Numbered from the stretch's first letter, positions 13,522-26,544 are shown. The stretch is 64,000 bases of DNA from Ginglymostoma cirratum (GCA_024137785.1 JAHRHZ010000222.1:36952277-37016276), one strand, 5' to 3'. Notes: generated by a model from the letters alone, not told the origin. Translations and numbers: made by a program.

Positions 13522-14424
13522 TCGGTGCCAGTTTATTTATTTTTCAAAACAGCAGCTGGCCTTTCAAGTACTTTCTTCAAACAGCTCTCTCATTTCAGTC
13601 CAAAGTTTTTTAGAAACCATAAAATTAAAAGACACGATCCTTACACCACAGACATTAATTTTATTCCATTGGCCATGGAGACCAGCACTGCCATGAATCT
13701 CATTGTTTTGTCCTTTGTTTTCACTAGGATTGTTTTTGAATGTTTCCACTCCACTGTTCAGTTTCTGGGCAAGTCAGAATTCATGTACACTCCGTCCACA
13801 TTGTGCTGAAGGCAATGTGCCGGTCAGCACAAGAGTCATATAGATCAAATCATTATGGAGCTTGCAACCAAAGATTACCAAACTGCCTTTCCAAGCATTC
13901 CACCCTGTCCATGATGGGTGTGGAGTGTGGGAGTATGGAGTGTGAAGTGTGGAAGGAGGAGCAAAACGGGATTACTGTTTTAGTTAGCAGCATTATACTG
14001 ACAGTTTGTAACTGTTTACCTCTAGATGGATACTAATTACTTACAATAAATAGCGATTCTTTTTCAGAAACTCGGCCTATGTTTTCTATAAATCTGGGTC
14101 TGAACATTAGATGAATTGGAGAACTTTGCATTTATTTAACTTTTGTGACATATCTGGTAATAGTGGGGCACGATTTCCAGAGTGGTACCCTAGTGAGTTG
14201 TAACAATGATAATTTTCAAACAGAAAATCACGTTGAAAATCAAGTTTTCATGGCACTGGTTAGATAGATGAGGATGGAGTGAAGATATGGGTTGATATTA
14301 TGTTTAATAGGCATCCCAGTTACCTTCCCAAGAAATGCAGCTTATTAGTGTGAAACTCAGATCCCATATAATCAATGAGATCAAGAGGCACCTACATAGT
14401 AACACCCAAATTGCAGTTATGAAT

Positions 14425-15000
14425 GAATGATTTATGTGTTGTCACGTATACCTTGAAGATAATGAAAAGTATTTTGTTGCCACAATCCGGCGCCATTTTG
14501 AGTTACAATAAGGATAAAAAGAAATTACTTCAATAAGAGAGCAAACTAACATTTCAAGTTTAAATAATTCTTCATCAGATCTCCATCATTTGTTGTTTTC
14601 AGTACAGATTCCAGCATATGCAGTAATTTGTTCTTGCTTAAATAAGAGCTCACCTTCTAATCAAATTTGGTCTCAAGCACAACTTCAGAGCTTCTGCAGA
14701 ATGTTTCAGTCCTCAAGGAGTCTCGGTCCGGGAACAGCGACGATGATGCTGCTGCCGCAAGGAGACCCCAGCTCTGCTGCTGCTACTGCCTCGCTAACAC
14801 CAAGAGTCCGGTCTCCGGGCACCACAACCACTGCCTGGTCCATGTTGCAGCTACCGCCCCAGCCTCGAAGATGAAGAAGAAAGGGAGAAGAAAAGAAAAA
14901 AAAACAAAATTTTCTTTGGAGAAAATGATGCCACTGGCCTGGAGTGAACAGACTCCAACAATCCCGGACACTACCTACTTTACCAGAATAATTTGCATAA
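14425..15000. repeat. Unclassified interspersed repeat with embedded Penelope-derived tail (~14575-14640)
   Basis: GC/CpG-richer block (ccggcgccattttg, gctgctgccgc); tgttttcagtacagattccagcatatgcagtaatttg matches 28200-28240. Confidence 0.4.
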
Positions 15001-15524
15001 AGTTATACCTTGAGGGTCTAATATCTGTAATTCAACCCTTGGTGAGTGCTTCAACAAGCCAATCAGGGATCATGTCAAGATTGGGTTGATGATTGTCAAA
15101 CAAGAAAAAAATCACAAAGAGTGGAAACGTGCATGCTGGCCCACATAATATTTTTCAGGTCTTGCAAGTCACTATTAAGACAGAAACTGTTACCTAATCA
15201 TTCAAAACAAAAACGCAGAATATCTAATTCCAGCAATTGAAGAGAAAAATTATTTGTTCTGGCGTCGATTCTGAAACAAAAAAAAGCAATACACCAGATA
15301 CAGGGCAAGATCTTACAATAAGGCCACATTCAAAGTGACTCAAAGTAAAATCGAGGAAATCTTTGCATGGCAAAGACAATAAATTTGACAGTTTTCAAAA
15401 CATTTTAAATTTGATCAAAATATCCTTGTAGAATTAATTAATTCAATGAAACACAGACATTAATTTTATTTGACTTATCAGTCTTTTGTCTTTTACGTAT
15501 TTCAAGATGTCAGCTTTGAAACCA

Positions 15525-15783
15525 TGGGGAGGTGATGGCCTGGTGGTCTTACCACTGGGCTGTTAATCCAGAGACCCAGGTGATGTTCTGGGCACCCAGG
15601 TTTGAATCCTATCACGGCAGATTGTGGAATTTGGATTCAATAAAAACCTACTACCTTATCTGGTCTGGCCGACATGTGACTCCAGACCAACAGCAATGTG
15701 GCTGACCATTAAATGCCCTGTGGGCAATTAGGGATGGGCAATAAATGTTGACCTATCCCTCATCCTGTGAATGAATAAAAAAA
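15525..15783 (+). mobile_element. tRNA-derived SINE (SacSINE1/Deu-like shark family)
   Basis: A-box tggcctggtgg, B-box ggtttgaatcc, LINE-like tail gggcaattagggatgggcaataaatg and A-run; paralogous to 44826-45165. Confidence 0.8.
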
Positions 15784-16519
15784 ATTCTCTATACCACTAC
15801 ATTACTGCATGTTTTAATAGCATAGAAGTCCCCATTCGATTGTGCTTTTATCTTGTATAATTCTTTATTCTGATCAAATAGTTAGTGAAAATGATCTGGA
15901 ATTTGATGTGAAGTTACATTCAGTGAAAATCAAGTTTTGAAGAACATATGCACTAGTTTTTTTTTAAACTGGAAATTGATTGCTCCCACAAAACTGACAA
16001 GATCTTGTCAACTAAGTTAGTCCTCAAAGCAGGTTTCTGCCAACTACATTGATTTGAAAGTGTTCGTGGAAATGCTAATGATGAAATATTTCAGCATAAA
16101 TACACTAAAGAGACTTTGAATTTGTTTTTACTTTCTCAATTTTATATAAAAAAAGGACTAATATATCAGACTATAATTCACAAATGTTTAGGCATACCTT
16201 TTAAAAGTCATTAATTTAAAATTAGGTTGCTCATAGATAGAGAAGTGGCACTATGATTGAAATATACAAATTACGATAAATCCATTTTCAGCTGTACTAA
16301 TCAAACTCTAACAATTTAGGTGTCTTAAATATATCAAAATGTATTTTTGTTTCTTTCAAAAGTGAGAAAACCTTGCCTGATGAGTGGTACATTTTTGTAA
16401 TATGCAAATGAGTAAATATAATCAGATCAAAATCATCGCAATTTTTGAAACAGTGGTTATTTGCATGTAGATCTTTAATTGAGTCTACAGTTCAAACTCT
16501 TTTGATAATTTTAAAATAG

Positions 16520-17760
16520 AGGAACATCTTAAGGCACTTCAAAGATCATAAGAAAACCAAAAAGACATAGAGCCAAAGAAGGTGCATGGATTAATTGTGA
16601 AAAGCTTGGTTAAAGAGCTTGACTTTATTCAGACTCTGAACAGGAAGAGAGGAGATAAGGTCAGTGGTTTTCAGGGGTAATTACAGGGCATTGAGCCTAA
16701 TACATTGAAGGTACAGCTACCAATGGAAGAAGCAAGAGGGGATAGAATGTCAGTGGGGAGGTTATAGAGAAGAAAATTCATTTTGGGTTCAAATAGGCTT
16801 TGAATAGTCTCATTCTGCCATGACAATGGTTAGGGAGGAGAACGGAACCATGAGTAGGTATGGGATTACAGGTGGAAGCCGAAGGTGATAGTTTCTTTTC
16901 CAATAATTAGCTGCAGGTTACTCAGGTTCAATCAATAAACAAGCAGTTTGATTGCAACAGAGTTAAGACAGGTGCTGAGAAGGTAGCACTAAGGGACATT
17001 AATATACAAGTGAAAGTTGATTCTGTATTTGTGGATTGTTTGGGAGCAATGTAAACATCAGATCCAAGGAAGAACTCCCAAGGTAAGAATGCAAAGGAAA
17101 GTGTTTGGCTGAGATATTGAGTACCTTGAAGCTGGTAAAAGTGGAACTACATGAAAACAGTCAACAACAATTTGAATTAGTATCATATCTCTACACAGGA
17201 AATCTCCCCAACATGTTGCGTATGGGCACGTTCAAACAAAAATTTACATGCATTAGGGTAGAAATCTTGGTCAGTAATGTGGGTTTTGAAATAGGACTTA
17301 AAAAGTAACAAAGAAATTTTGAGAAAAAGTAGTTTACGCAAAGAATTCAAAGTTCATGACACAGCTTGACAACCCTGAGGTACAGGAAGTAGGGATGGAC
17401 ACAAGAAAAGATTTGGAGGACTAAACAATGTGGGAAAGGTTTGTTCAGCTGTACCAAAAGCTCCAAAACAGTGAAGTCTGTTACACTGACACTGTGATCA
17501 ATGTCATGGTGAATTACTTTGGATTGGGCTGCTGAAGTGTGATCAGGAGAGTGGAAACACAATTAGGAGATTCAGATAGGCCAAGGCAGGAGAAATGAGC
17601 AGAGATTGGGAATGTAGCATAATATTGTAGCATGAAAAGATTGGATTGGAGGTGAGCTAACAGTCTGCAAATATAGAGGAAGTTGAAGTTTTGAGATGAG
17701 AATGATGATGGTGGTGGTTTTGAAAGGGAAACTGACAAAGTCTGAGGTGAGGCAAACATT
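16520..17760 (-). mobile_element. Old L2-like LINE fragments
   Basis: Purine-rich plus strand; aaagcttggttaaagagcttgacttt...gagcctaatacattgaagg is the reverse complement of the L2 tail type at 5300-5340 and similar to 1560-1680. Confidence 0.55.
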
Positions 17761-18740
17761 CACAATGTCAAATTTGTGAATGATAGAAATTTAATCATTC
17801 TGCCTCTTGATTTTTACGTTACAACAACCTGTATTGAGGTAAGGAAAAGTCCCTATACATCCATTTATCTCTCTGGAAAGTTTCAAAACAAACTTCTTAC
17901 AGCCAAACACTGTTGAACTCATTGGGAGCTCTTAGCAGAGTGCATCAGTGAAGTAAAATAGATAGGTATAAGGAAGTTTTTAACCTGTACGCAAACCGAA
18001 ACAGTCAAAGAAACTTCGGTCCATAATGTTCAGTGGCACGTGAGCTGATACTCTCGTAACTTAATCAATGGGGTTTGGCTGGAATCCTCACTGAGGCACA
18101 ATCATTGCTTAAAATGTGGTAGATCTGAGGAAAAAACATCTTGTAATTTCCATGGCTACCTCTGTATAATAGTAATGAGTATCTATCCAAGGAAAGCTGC
18201 AAAAGACCATAATTAATTCTTATTGCAAATAACACATATCTAAAAAAATGTTAAGTTTTGATGAACTCTTTAAGAAAATAATGAGGTGTTTTGATTAAAG
18301 AAATGCTTCGCTAAGCTTTATAGTTACATGAAAAAGACAATTTACAACTTTGAAAGAAATAATTTATTGGAGCCATGTTATAATAAAATGTATGTTTCAG
18401 ATTTTGTTCCAGTTATTAACATTTTCTTACTGTTTTATGTGAACTGTTAAAACCATCCAGTGGACAGAGCTCAGTGCGTGGCTTCTGTTCACTTTATCGG
18501 ACTGGCTTCAGGGATTTCTGTAACCTGCAGTACTTTCACAGCTTTTCCACTATTTGCTGAAAGCTGAGGTAAGACACTGGCAGACAGTAAGAGCACTTCA
18601 AAGTGATTCCAGTGGATGTATGTCTAAAAAGAATTTGAGCCATATTTATCAAGTCTCTAAAAGTTATTTGAGTGACAACGGTTTATTACCCCATAATTTT
18701 CAAAATTATTTTGGTCTTACTGCAAAGATGTATACAACGA

Positions 18741-21700
18741 ATTGAATTCAATCATATTTTGGCAAAGTGTCATTTTTGCTGTGTTTCATGGAGAGTTTGT
18801 CTCCACAAGGCCTAGTGAGCTATCCCGAGCGATTATTGTCTTATTATCTATATACCACATGCCTATAGCACCCCTCTCGTTGATTCTAGTTCTCCCACTC
18901 ATCATAGCCAGAAGAACTTGTCACTGCCAGGATACAACAACAGACACCAACCCTGAATGGCCTCTGCAATGCCCGCTCACTTAGGACACCTGAACACTTT
19001 CCATCCACCTGCAGTGGCAATAACAGCTTTGCCACCTACAATCCTTCGTTTTGTCACTGCAGCAGAAAGCAGCCCATAACAGGGCCAAAAGGGCCAGGGC
19101 AGCATAACATTCTGCTCCCCTTCCCCCAACAACAACCAGAGGATCTTGGTCCTCTCCAGGACTGCACCTGTGATGATGCAGAAGTATTCATGGCCCGGCA
19201 TGGGTCCCTGTTGTGTAACTCTCTCATTACCACCATTGTGTATTTAATGTAAGCATGTCACAACTTCCATCTCATTTCTTCTTTGCAGGTAGAAGCAACA
19301 TGTCCACAATGGCTGCAGTGAAGGGATCCAACCAGGAAGACATGCCCTGTTCCACCTATGAGCATGAATGCCTCAGTGGAAGCGTCCTTCTGCACCCTCA
19401 CCAGCTCAGTTCTTGGCACCTTGGAATGGCACATCTAGCAAGTTTGGGAGCACAAGCTCATTCTTATAAATGCGCAAACTCACTCTTGGTAAGTGCACAA
19501 ACAGACACAGGAACGACAGGCAGATTGTATTGGAGGCATGAAAGAAACTAACGCAAAGACTGCACCATTGCAGCAATGCCATGGTGACCCTGCTGCTTCA
19601 GGAGTATGATAGCCTGTCTGTCATCATGGATGGGTTGGCAGTTGCCATGGACAGCCAGATACAACACACTGAGTCTGCTGGATATGCAAATTTGTCTGGC
19701 CTCTATCACCTAGCCACTGGCTCTCAGCACCAAATACAAAATTACAGGGATAAGGGACACTGAGCTCATTCCAGGTGCCCCTGCGTCACAAGAAGACAGG
19801 GTGGTGCTAGTAGGCACCCACGACGATACACTCATCACGTCTAGACCCTCTAGACAAAGATGCCACCAGGGTTGCCCAAGCAAACCTCCAAGGCCAATAT
19901 CTCCTACTGAAGGCCAGGTGCTCGCCACCCCAGGTGTGGAGCTTGGGTCTCCATAGAGACATAGTCTGGGGCGTTGGGGGGTGGGGGGGTGGGTTGCGGC
20001 AGTGCAGGTGGTGGTGGGAGGCTGCAGAGGGAAGAAAGAAGATAACCTACTGAGGGTTCCTTGATCGCACTATATTCATTTTAAATAAATTCTCATTTTT
20101 GTAAATAGCTATTCTGTTCTCAGCATCATCTGCAAACCTGCAAATGCAACATTGACAGTCATAAACGCAGGAACATAGAAACAAAAGCAGGCCATTCAGC
20201 CCCTCCAGCCTGTCCCACCATTCATTGAGATTAAGTCTGATCTGCGGTCTAACTCCAGATACTTGCCTTTGGCCTATATCTCTTAACGCCTTTGCTTAAC
20301 AAAAACGTATCTATCTCAGATTTAAAACTAACAACTGATCCAGCATCCACTGCCATTTGTGGAAGTGAGTTACAAATATTTACCACCCTTGGTGTAGAAG
20401 TGATTCCTGACATTTCTCCTGAATGGTCATTAGCTTTTTTGATTATTTTCTACACCTTTTCATGACATTTTCATGACATTTAAAGGATCTCTGTACCCCC
20501 AAGTCACTCTGGACATCCACTGTATTTAATTTCATACCATCTAGAAAGTTCCCTGGTCTGTTCTTTTTCTGTCCAAAATGGATAACCTCACATTTGCGTT
20601 CATAGACCTCCATCTGCGTGTTTTGCACATTCACTCAGTCTTTCAACACCCCTTTGTAATTTTACGCTATCATCTCCACAGTGTACGATGTTGCCTAACT
20701 TTGTGTCATCTGCAAATTTGACATAGTCATATGTCCATCATCTAAATAATTAATAATCTGAATAACTGAGGCCCTAACACAGATCCTTGTGGAACACCAC
20801 TGGTCACATGCTGCCAATTTGAGTACCTACCCATTATCCCTACTCTGTCATCTACCACTCAACCAATTTCCAGTCATGTCAGTAATTTACCCTCAAGTCC
20901 ATGGGGTTCTACCTTAGTTAACAATCCCTTATGCGGGACTTTATCAAATGTCTTCTGAAAGTTCATGTAAACGGCACCCTGTCCACCACCTTAGTCACCT
21001 CTTTTAAAAATTCAATGAGGTTTATCAGGTATGACCTACCAGTAATAAACCCACACTGGCACTCCCTGAATTGCTGAATTTTTTTCAAGGTGTTCAGTTA
21101 CCCCATACTTGATTATATACTCCAAACAATTATCCCACCACACATGTTTGGCTAACTTGTCTGTACTTCTTGGTTTTCCTCTTTTGTGCTCTATGAAGTT
21201 AGAGTGACATATGCAATTTTTCAATCCAGAGAGGTGACCCCTGTGTCTAGGGAACTCTGAAAGATTATAGTTAGAGTGTCTACAATGTGTTCCCCTACTT
21301 TCTTTAACACTCCTCAGCTGGAAACCATCAAGTCCTGGGGATTTGTTACTCTTTAATTCCATTGATTTCTTTATTACTGATGTTTCACTTAGGTTAATTT
21401 GACTTAGTCCCGGTTCCCGATCCACTATTAATTTCCTCGGGATTTCGAGCAAGCTATCTCCTCTTCTATTGTAAGTACTAAGGTAAAATAATGATTCAAC
21501 TTGTCTGTCATTTCCCCATAGTCATTGATAATATCCCCACTTTCAGTCTTTAGTGGGCCAACGTTACTCCTGATGACCTGCTTTCCTTTTATGTAACTAT
21601 AAATTTTTATTGATTTTGACATCCCTGGCAAGGGATGCAAGGGGCAAGCTGCAATTGTCAGGTACCTGTTCTGCCTTTCATGTTGGATATTCTCAGCATC

Positions 21701-21960
21701 TAGTTTCTGTCCAGTGCAGCGTAGAGTAGAATATTAATCAGGTGGAATTAGGTTGAAATGAGTGTGTTAATGAGAGATAATCCTCATTAACAAGCCTGTT
21801 TCCACTCACAAGCAAGAATCTTGTCTCAACATCCAGAACTCTACTGGAAAATTAAACTTGTTTCTCTTGATGTCGAGAAAGGTTTTGTTCGACATCTATT
21901 GCAAATCTTCCAGATTTCTGCCACAGCCCATTCAGTTCAGCACCTGGGAAGATTCTTTCT
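18741..21960 (+). mobile_element. Harbinger-derived element interrupted by a CR1 insertion
   Basis: Left end matches the 46990/49107 subterminal sequence; 19062-19110 reads QKAAHNRAKRARA (Myb/SANT C-terminal EK.AHN..ER motif) after a tcactgcag acceptor; right end 21700-21960 resembles the reverse complement of 9515-9700 and 33460-33700. Confidence 0.55.
20165..21632 (-). mobile_element. CR1-like LINE with internally deleted RT region and 3' end
   Basis: ORF fragments LKSNKSPGLDGFQLR, VGPLKTESGDII, KCEVIHFG; minus-strand GVPQGSVLGPQ at ~20765-20800; 3' end gaacatagaaacaaaagcaggccattcagccc. Confidence 0.9.
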
Positions 21961-22730
21961 GAAGTATTTGTTCAATGATTCTGCCAGTTCCTTATTCTCC
22001 ATCATTATTTCACCCATTTCTGTCATAAATGGTCCCGTATTTACTTTCACTAAACTCTTCCTATCTAGATCCTATAGAAATGTGAAAACAATGTATTTGC
22101 AAATACCTTTGCTCCACTACCCCATTTATATTCTTATTTTCTAAATATGAAGAAACCTACTTACTTTTCTTACCAACCTTCCAATGATTTGCATTGAAAT
22201 TCAAGAACCAGTGCTATGCCATTCTGCAACTTATTGCATTTTAATTGAAGAACCTCTGGATCAGCAGTTCATGTGCCTGCATTTAAACAGAAGGCCATGC
22301 TGTAATAACCTTTAGTTCTGAAACTGAGATCAGAAGTCACATTACATTGTCCGATGGCAGCTTCATTTCAGGCTAGGGAGAACATGTGGCAGCACCGGGA
22401 CAAAAATGGTACAAAGCAAAGAACATAAAAAAATCAGAAATGAAACAAAACACCATCAACACAACAACAACAACATCAGTTCACCACAACTGCACCTATT
22501 CCTTTTGGTGAGTCTGTCGCAATGCCAGATGCTAGGTATATATTGACATGACTAAGAGTCAGCATTAACAAGTAAAACCAGGGTATACCACAGACCACAA
22601 GACCATAAAAAATAGGCAGAGGAGTAGGCTGAGATAAGAGGTACTGCAGATCCTGGAGAATCCGAGATAACAAGGCGTGGGGCTGGATGAACACAGCAGG
22701 CCAAGCAGCATCATAGGAGCAGGAAAACTT

Positions 22731-22758
22731 GACGTTTCGGGCCTAGACCCTTCATCAG
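22731..22758 (-). ncRNA. Minimal type I hammerhead ribozyme-like core
   Basis: CUGAUGA-A-GGGU(CUAG)GCCC-GAAA-CGUC; stem I only about 3 bp; activity untested. Confidence 0.6.
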
Positions 22759-22788
22759 AAATTCATCAGAAATCAGCCATTTCTGATG

Positions 22789-23188
22789 NNNNNNNNNNNN
22801 NNNNNNNNNNNNNNNNNNNNNNNNNNNNNNNNNNNNNNNNNNNNNNNNNNNNNNNNNNNNNNNNNNNNNNNNNNNNNNNNNNNNNNNNNNNNNNNNNNNN
22901 NNNNNNNNNNNNNNNNNNNNNNNNNNNNNNNNNNNNNNNNNNNNNNNNNNNNNNNNNNNNNNNNNNNNNNNNNNNNNNNNNNNNNNNNNNNNNNNNNNNN
23001 NNNNNNNNNNNNNNNNNNNNNNNNNNNNNNNNNNNNNNNNNNNNNNNNNNNNNNNNNNNNNNNNNNNNNNNNNNNNNNNNNNNNNNNNNNNNNNNNNNNN
23101 NNNNNNNNNNNNNNNNNNNNNNNNNNNNNNNNNNNNNNNNNNNNNNNNNNNNNNNNNNNNNNNNNNNNNNNNNNNNNNNNNNNNNNNN
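22789..23188. other. Assembly gap (400 N)
   Basis: Run of N. Confidence 1.
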
Positions 23189-23218
23189 CATCAGAAATGG
23201 CTGATTTCTGATGAATTT

Positions 23219-23246
23219 CTGATGAAGGGTCTAGGCCCGAAACGTC
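23219..23246 (+). ncRNA. Minimal type I hammerhead ribozyme-like core
   Basis: ctgatga a gggtctaggccc gaaa cgtc; predicted cleavage after C23246 (GUC). Confidence 0.6.
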
Positions 23247-23979
23247 AAGTTTTCCTGCTCCTATGATGCTGCTTGGCCTGCTGTGTTCATCCAGCCCCAC
23301 GCCTTGTTATCTGAGAGGAGTAGGCTGTTTGGCTCCTCAAGCCTGCTTCACCATTCAATAGGATCATGGCTGATCTGACATCCCTCATGTCCTCTTTCCT
23401 ACGTTTTCTGCATAAACCTCGATTCCCCCACTAATCAAGAATCCATTTATCTGAGACTTAGATGTCAACAAGGACTCTGCCTCGACAACTTTCTGTGACA
23501 GAAAGACTTGTAACCTTCTGAGAAAAGAAATTCCTCCTCATCTTAGTTTTAAATTGGTCACCCTTTATCCGAGACTATGCCCTCTGGTCCTAAACTCTCC
23601 CATGAGTGGAAACATCCTTTCAGCATTTACCCCGTCAAGGTTCTTATGAACCCTTTATATTTCAATGAAATCATTTCTCATTCTTGTTATAAATTGATAT
23701 CCTTATCCAGTATGGCCTAAATGTAATTCTAAACTAGTAATAAAGACTACATCCTTCTAACTACTGAAAGCATCATGTTAAAGATAGAGCTCAGTGATCC
23801 CACAACTGACCGACACACGTTATTTCAATTATGCAAGATTAAGGCAAAATACCAACTGGTTAAACAGAGACAAGTCTGGCTGTGTTATTCAGACTAATTA
23901 TTACAGTGCCCCTGTTTCAATTGATGTCCCAAAGATTTTATTTCATGAATTCCTCTTTTGCGAATGTATGGACAAGGCT

Positions 23980-24194
23980 GTGGGACTGGAGGAACACCGC
24001 AGGTCAGGCACCATCAAAGGAGCAAGAAAGTTGACATTTTGGGTCATGACCCTTTTTCAGAGCCTTTCTCTGAAGAAGGGTCCCAACCCGAAACGTCAAC
24101 TTCCCTGCTCCTTTGATGCTGCCTGACCTGCTGTGTTCCTCCAGTTCCACACTATGTTATCTCCGACTCCAGCATCTGCAGTTTTTGGTATCTC
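23980..24194. mobile_element. Gap-free Penelope-derived inverted-repeat element (~215 bp)
   Basis: Arms about 23980-24062 and 24068-24152; TSD tatggacaaggct (23967-23979) / tatggccaaggct (24195-24207). Confidence 0.85.
24070..24097 (+). ncRNA. Hammerhead-like core
   Basis: ctgaaga a gggtcccaaccc gaaa cgtc; stem II GGGU/ACCC is kept with a different loop; the minus-strand partner (24033-24060) is mutated. Confidence 0.55.
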
Positions 24195-26544
24195 TATGGC
24201 CAAGGCTAGTATTTACTGTACATTCCTTATTTGACGTTGACCTAATCAGTTAGTTGAGGGATCACTGATCTCTATCTTTAGCATGATGCCTTCAGTAGTT
24301 AGAAACATGTCGTCCCTTGTTGTAGCTGCAGGTCAGGAATCACATCTAGATCTTATTGCATAAGGATATCAATTAACTAAGTGGGGCATTATGATAATCT
24401 AGCAGTTGCAAAGTCAACATCACTGAAACCAGCTTCTTTTTATCCTAGATTTATATTTTGAATTAAATCTAAATTCTGGTGAAAATTGAGCCCTGACTCA
24501 GAATACTTTGTGTAAGCCTCTGACATACTAATTCGGTCATGTAACCATTCAGTTAGCATAGCCTATGATCACTAATAACCGAAATATGTTATGTCAGCCA
24601 ACAAATGTATGAAAATGCGTGAGAGGATACAATTTGATGATGTCACTTTGTTTACACAATATCCTCACATTGCTCCTCTGAGCAATCAGTAAAGCTGCTG
24701 AACGACACGTCCTGATTTGAGTCATCCTGTATACTTCAAACCGGAGGGCCAGTACAACCAACACATTCATTTTCCAGCGGTATTGAAATATTACTGTTTT
24801 CTCCTCCGAGTTGTCTAAATAATGTACTTTACTGCAATTTCTCTTTATATAAGCAATCAAGTTTTGCACAATCTATGTACAATTAACAATTAAAATGTTA
24901 AAACACTTATTGAAACGTAGGCATCACTGATTTGTCTACTTTGCTACAACCTTAATGTAGTTGTTTTTCCTGCTATCATTGCCAATTTTGTTTATGGCTG
25001 TCCAATGCAAATGCCAATCCCTCAGTTCATCTAACTAAACTCTGGGCTCCATTTTCTAATGTTATCAGCTGATAAAATGTGTATAGAACTGGAATGAGCC
25101 AAACTACTGGAATATCTTCCTTGCGGAAATATTTATCCAATAGCTTGGCTGAAAACCTTAATGGAACCAAAGTTCAGTACCACGAAGTGGCGTGCCAGGC
25201 AACAAAAGCATGCCTTGATCCTGTGACCACAGAGGTGTGAGACGAGCACCACTAAAGCAGCAGCATAATTTATAATAGGAGACAAGACAATTACTGTATC
25301 TCATAACTATGTGCATTTTAATACTTGTCTATGAATCTTATTAAAGCCAGTATCTAGTAAATGAGCTTGATAATCAATGTTATATTGAATAATAGACCAA
25401 ACAACAATTAAACGACTTCAAAATCCAATATCCTAATCATAGCAAATATCTGGTCTGTGCACTACTGTTGACAAGTTGAGCTTATATTGCTATAGACAGC
25501 TTGGGGCTGCTTGGTGCACAGTAGCTTCAGAACGCTCCAGTTATGACAGTATCAATACAAGAGGGACCAGAAAGAAGGTCAAGTTTGAGACAAATGAAGA
25601 TAAAGTGAAACCTTTAAGCAACCATCAAAGAAACTGAGCTATGTCAGACAAGCAGTCACTCAAAACAAACACGGTGAAAAATCTCTGCAATAGATAACAA
25701 ATATTGTGTCAAGTTCTTATTTTCATTCCCATATGACCTACAATCTGATGAGATTAATATTCAGCTTTTTCTGAAAGGGAAATCCTAAGTGCCCTTTTTG
25801 TTATGTTCCCAGCCCAGATGGGAGGGAAATAGGGTTGATTTATTCTGCATTCTCATTTGAGTTATATATTTCACACATATCTCAGATAATTCTATTGAAC
25901 ACATGCTGCATACGGCACTCAAGTGAATATCAGTGCAGCAGGAGAAAGGCAGTGGTACTGGCTGCCTGTTTAGAGCCCAGAGCATACGTTTGGTTTAAAA
26001 TTTATGCTGGTTCACTCTGAAAGCTGTCTGACACTCATTTATTTTGTGATCAGATTTAATTTTTATTTTATTGCAGTGATAACAGACAGCATATGGGCAA
26101 AGAGGAAGATGAATTTACCACAGAGCTGCTCTCTGCGAGTGCTGTTTAGACAAGCGGCCAAAGACTAGCTGAACCAAAGTTTCACCCCATTGGCAGAGAA
26201 CAGTTTTTTGTCCAGTTATACCATTCCGGTCTCATAATCAAAGTGCGCAGGGTTCAAACTTCACTGCAGGCTGGGTCCCTGGCCTTGTATACTGTGATCC
26301 TGTTAAACACAGCCCATTCCCACCTGCTCTACCCAACTGCCTATCACTAATCTTGTTGATTGAGAAAGCCCAGAAACAAGACTAAGAACCTTGTGTAAAT
26401 GATTCACACTGTGATCTGCTACAACACTAATTTAGCTGCTGTTCTCCAAAAGAAGTATGTGACTGGACACAAGCAAAACTTTATTGACTTGACAGGAGTG
26501 CTTTTTGATGGGCAGAAATAACTTTTGAATAAGTTTTTAACTAT

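Larger units (their letters stand above)
22632..23313. mobile_element. Penelope-derived inverted-repeat element with a hammerhead-like core on each strand; spans an assembly gap
   Basis: Exact 124 bp inverted repeat 22665-22788 / 23189-23312; exact 14 bp TSD agaggagtaggctg at 22618-22631 and 23314-23327. Confidence 0.85.
22595..23690 (-). mobile_element. CR1-like 3' end that served as target for the 22632-23313 insertion
   Basis: gaccataaaaaataggcagaggagtaggctg resumes after the insert as tttggctcctcaagcctgcttcaccattcaataggatcatggctgatc. Confidence 0.8.

Noticed and set aside
13715-13850. Plus-strand acceptor and short frames
   Set aside because: All frames stop quickly; no canonical donor or recognisable protein.
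14590-15089. Ala/Thr/Lys-rich ORFs and a CpG-richer patch
   Set aside because: Low-complexity interior of an interspersed repeat; too short to call a promoter island.
11693-22475. (GATA)n near 11693 and (CAA)n near 22460
   Set aside because: Very short ordinary microsatellites.
22677-23300. Identical 175 aa ORFs on both strands
   Set aside because: Produced by translating through N's between mirror-image repeat arms.
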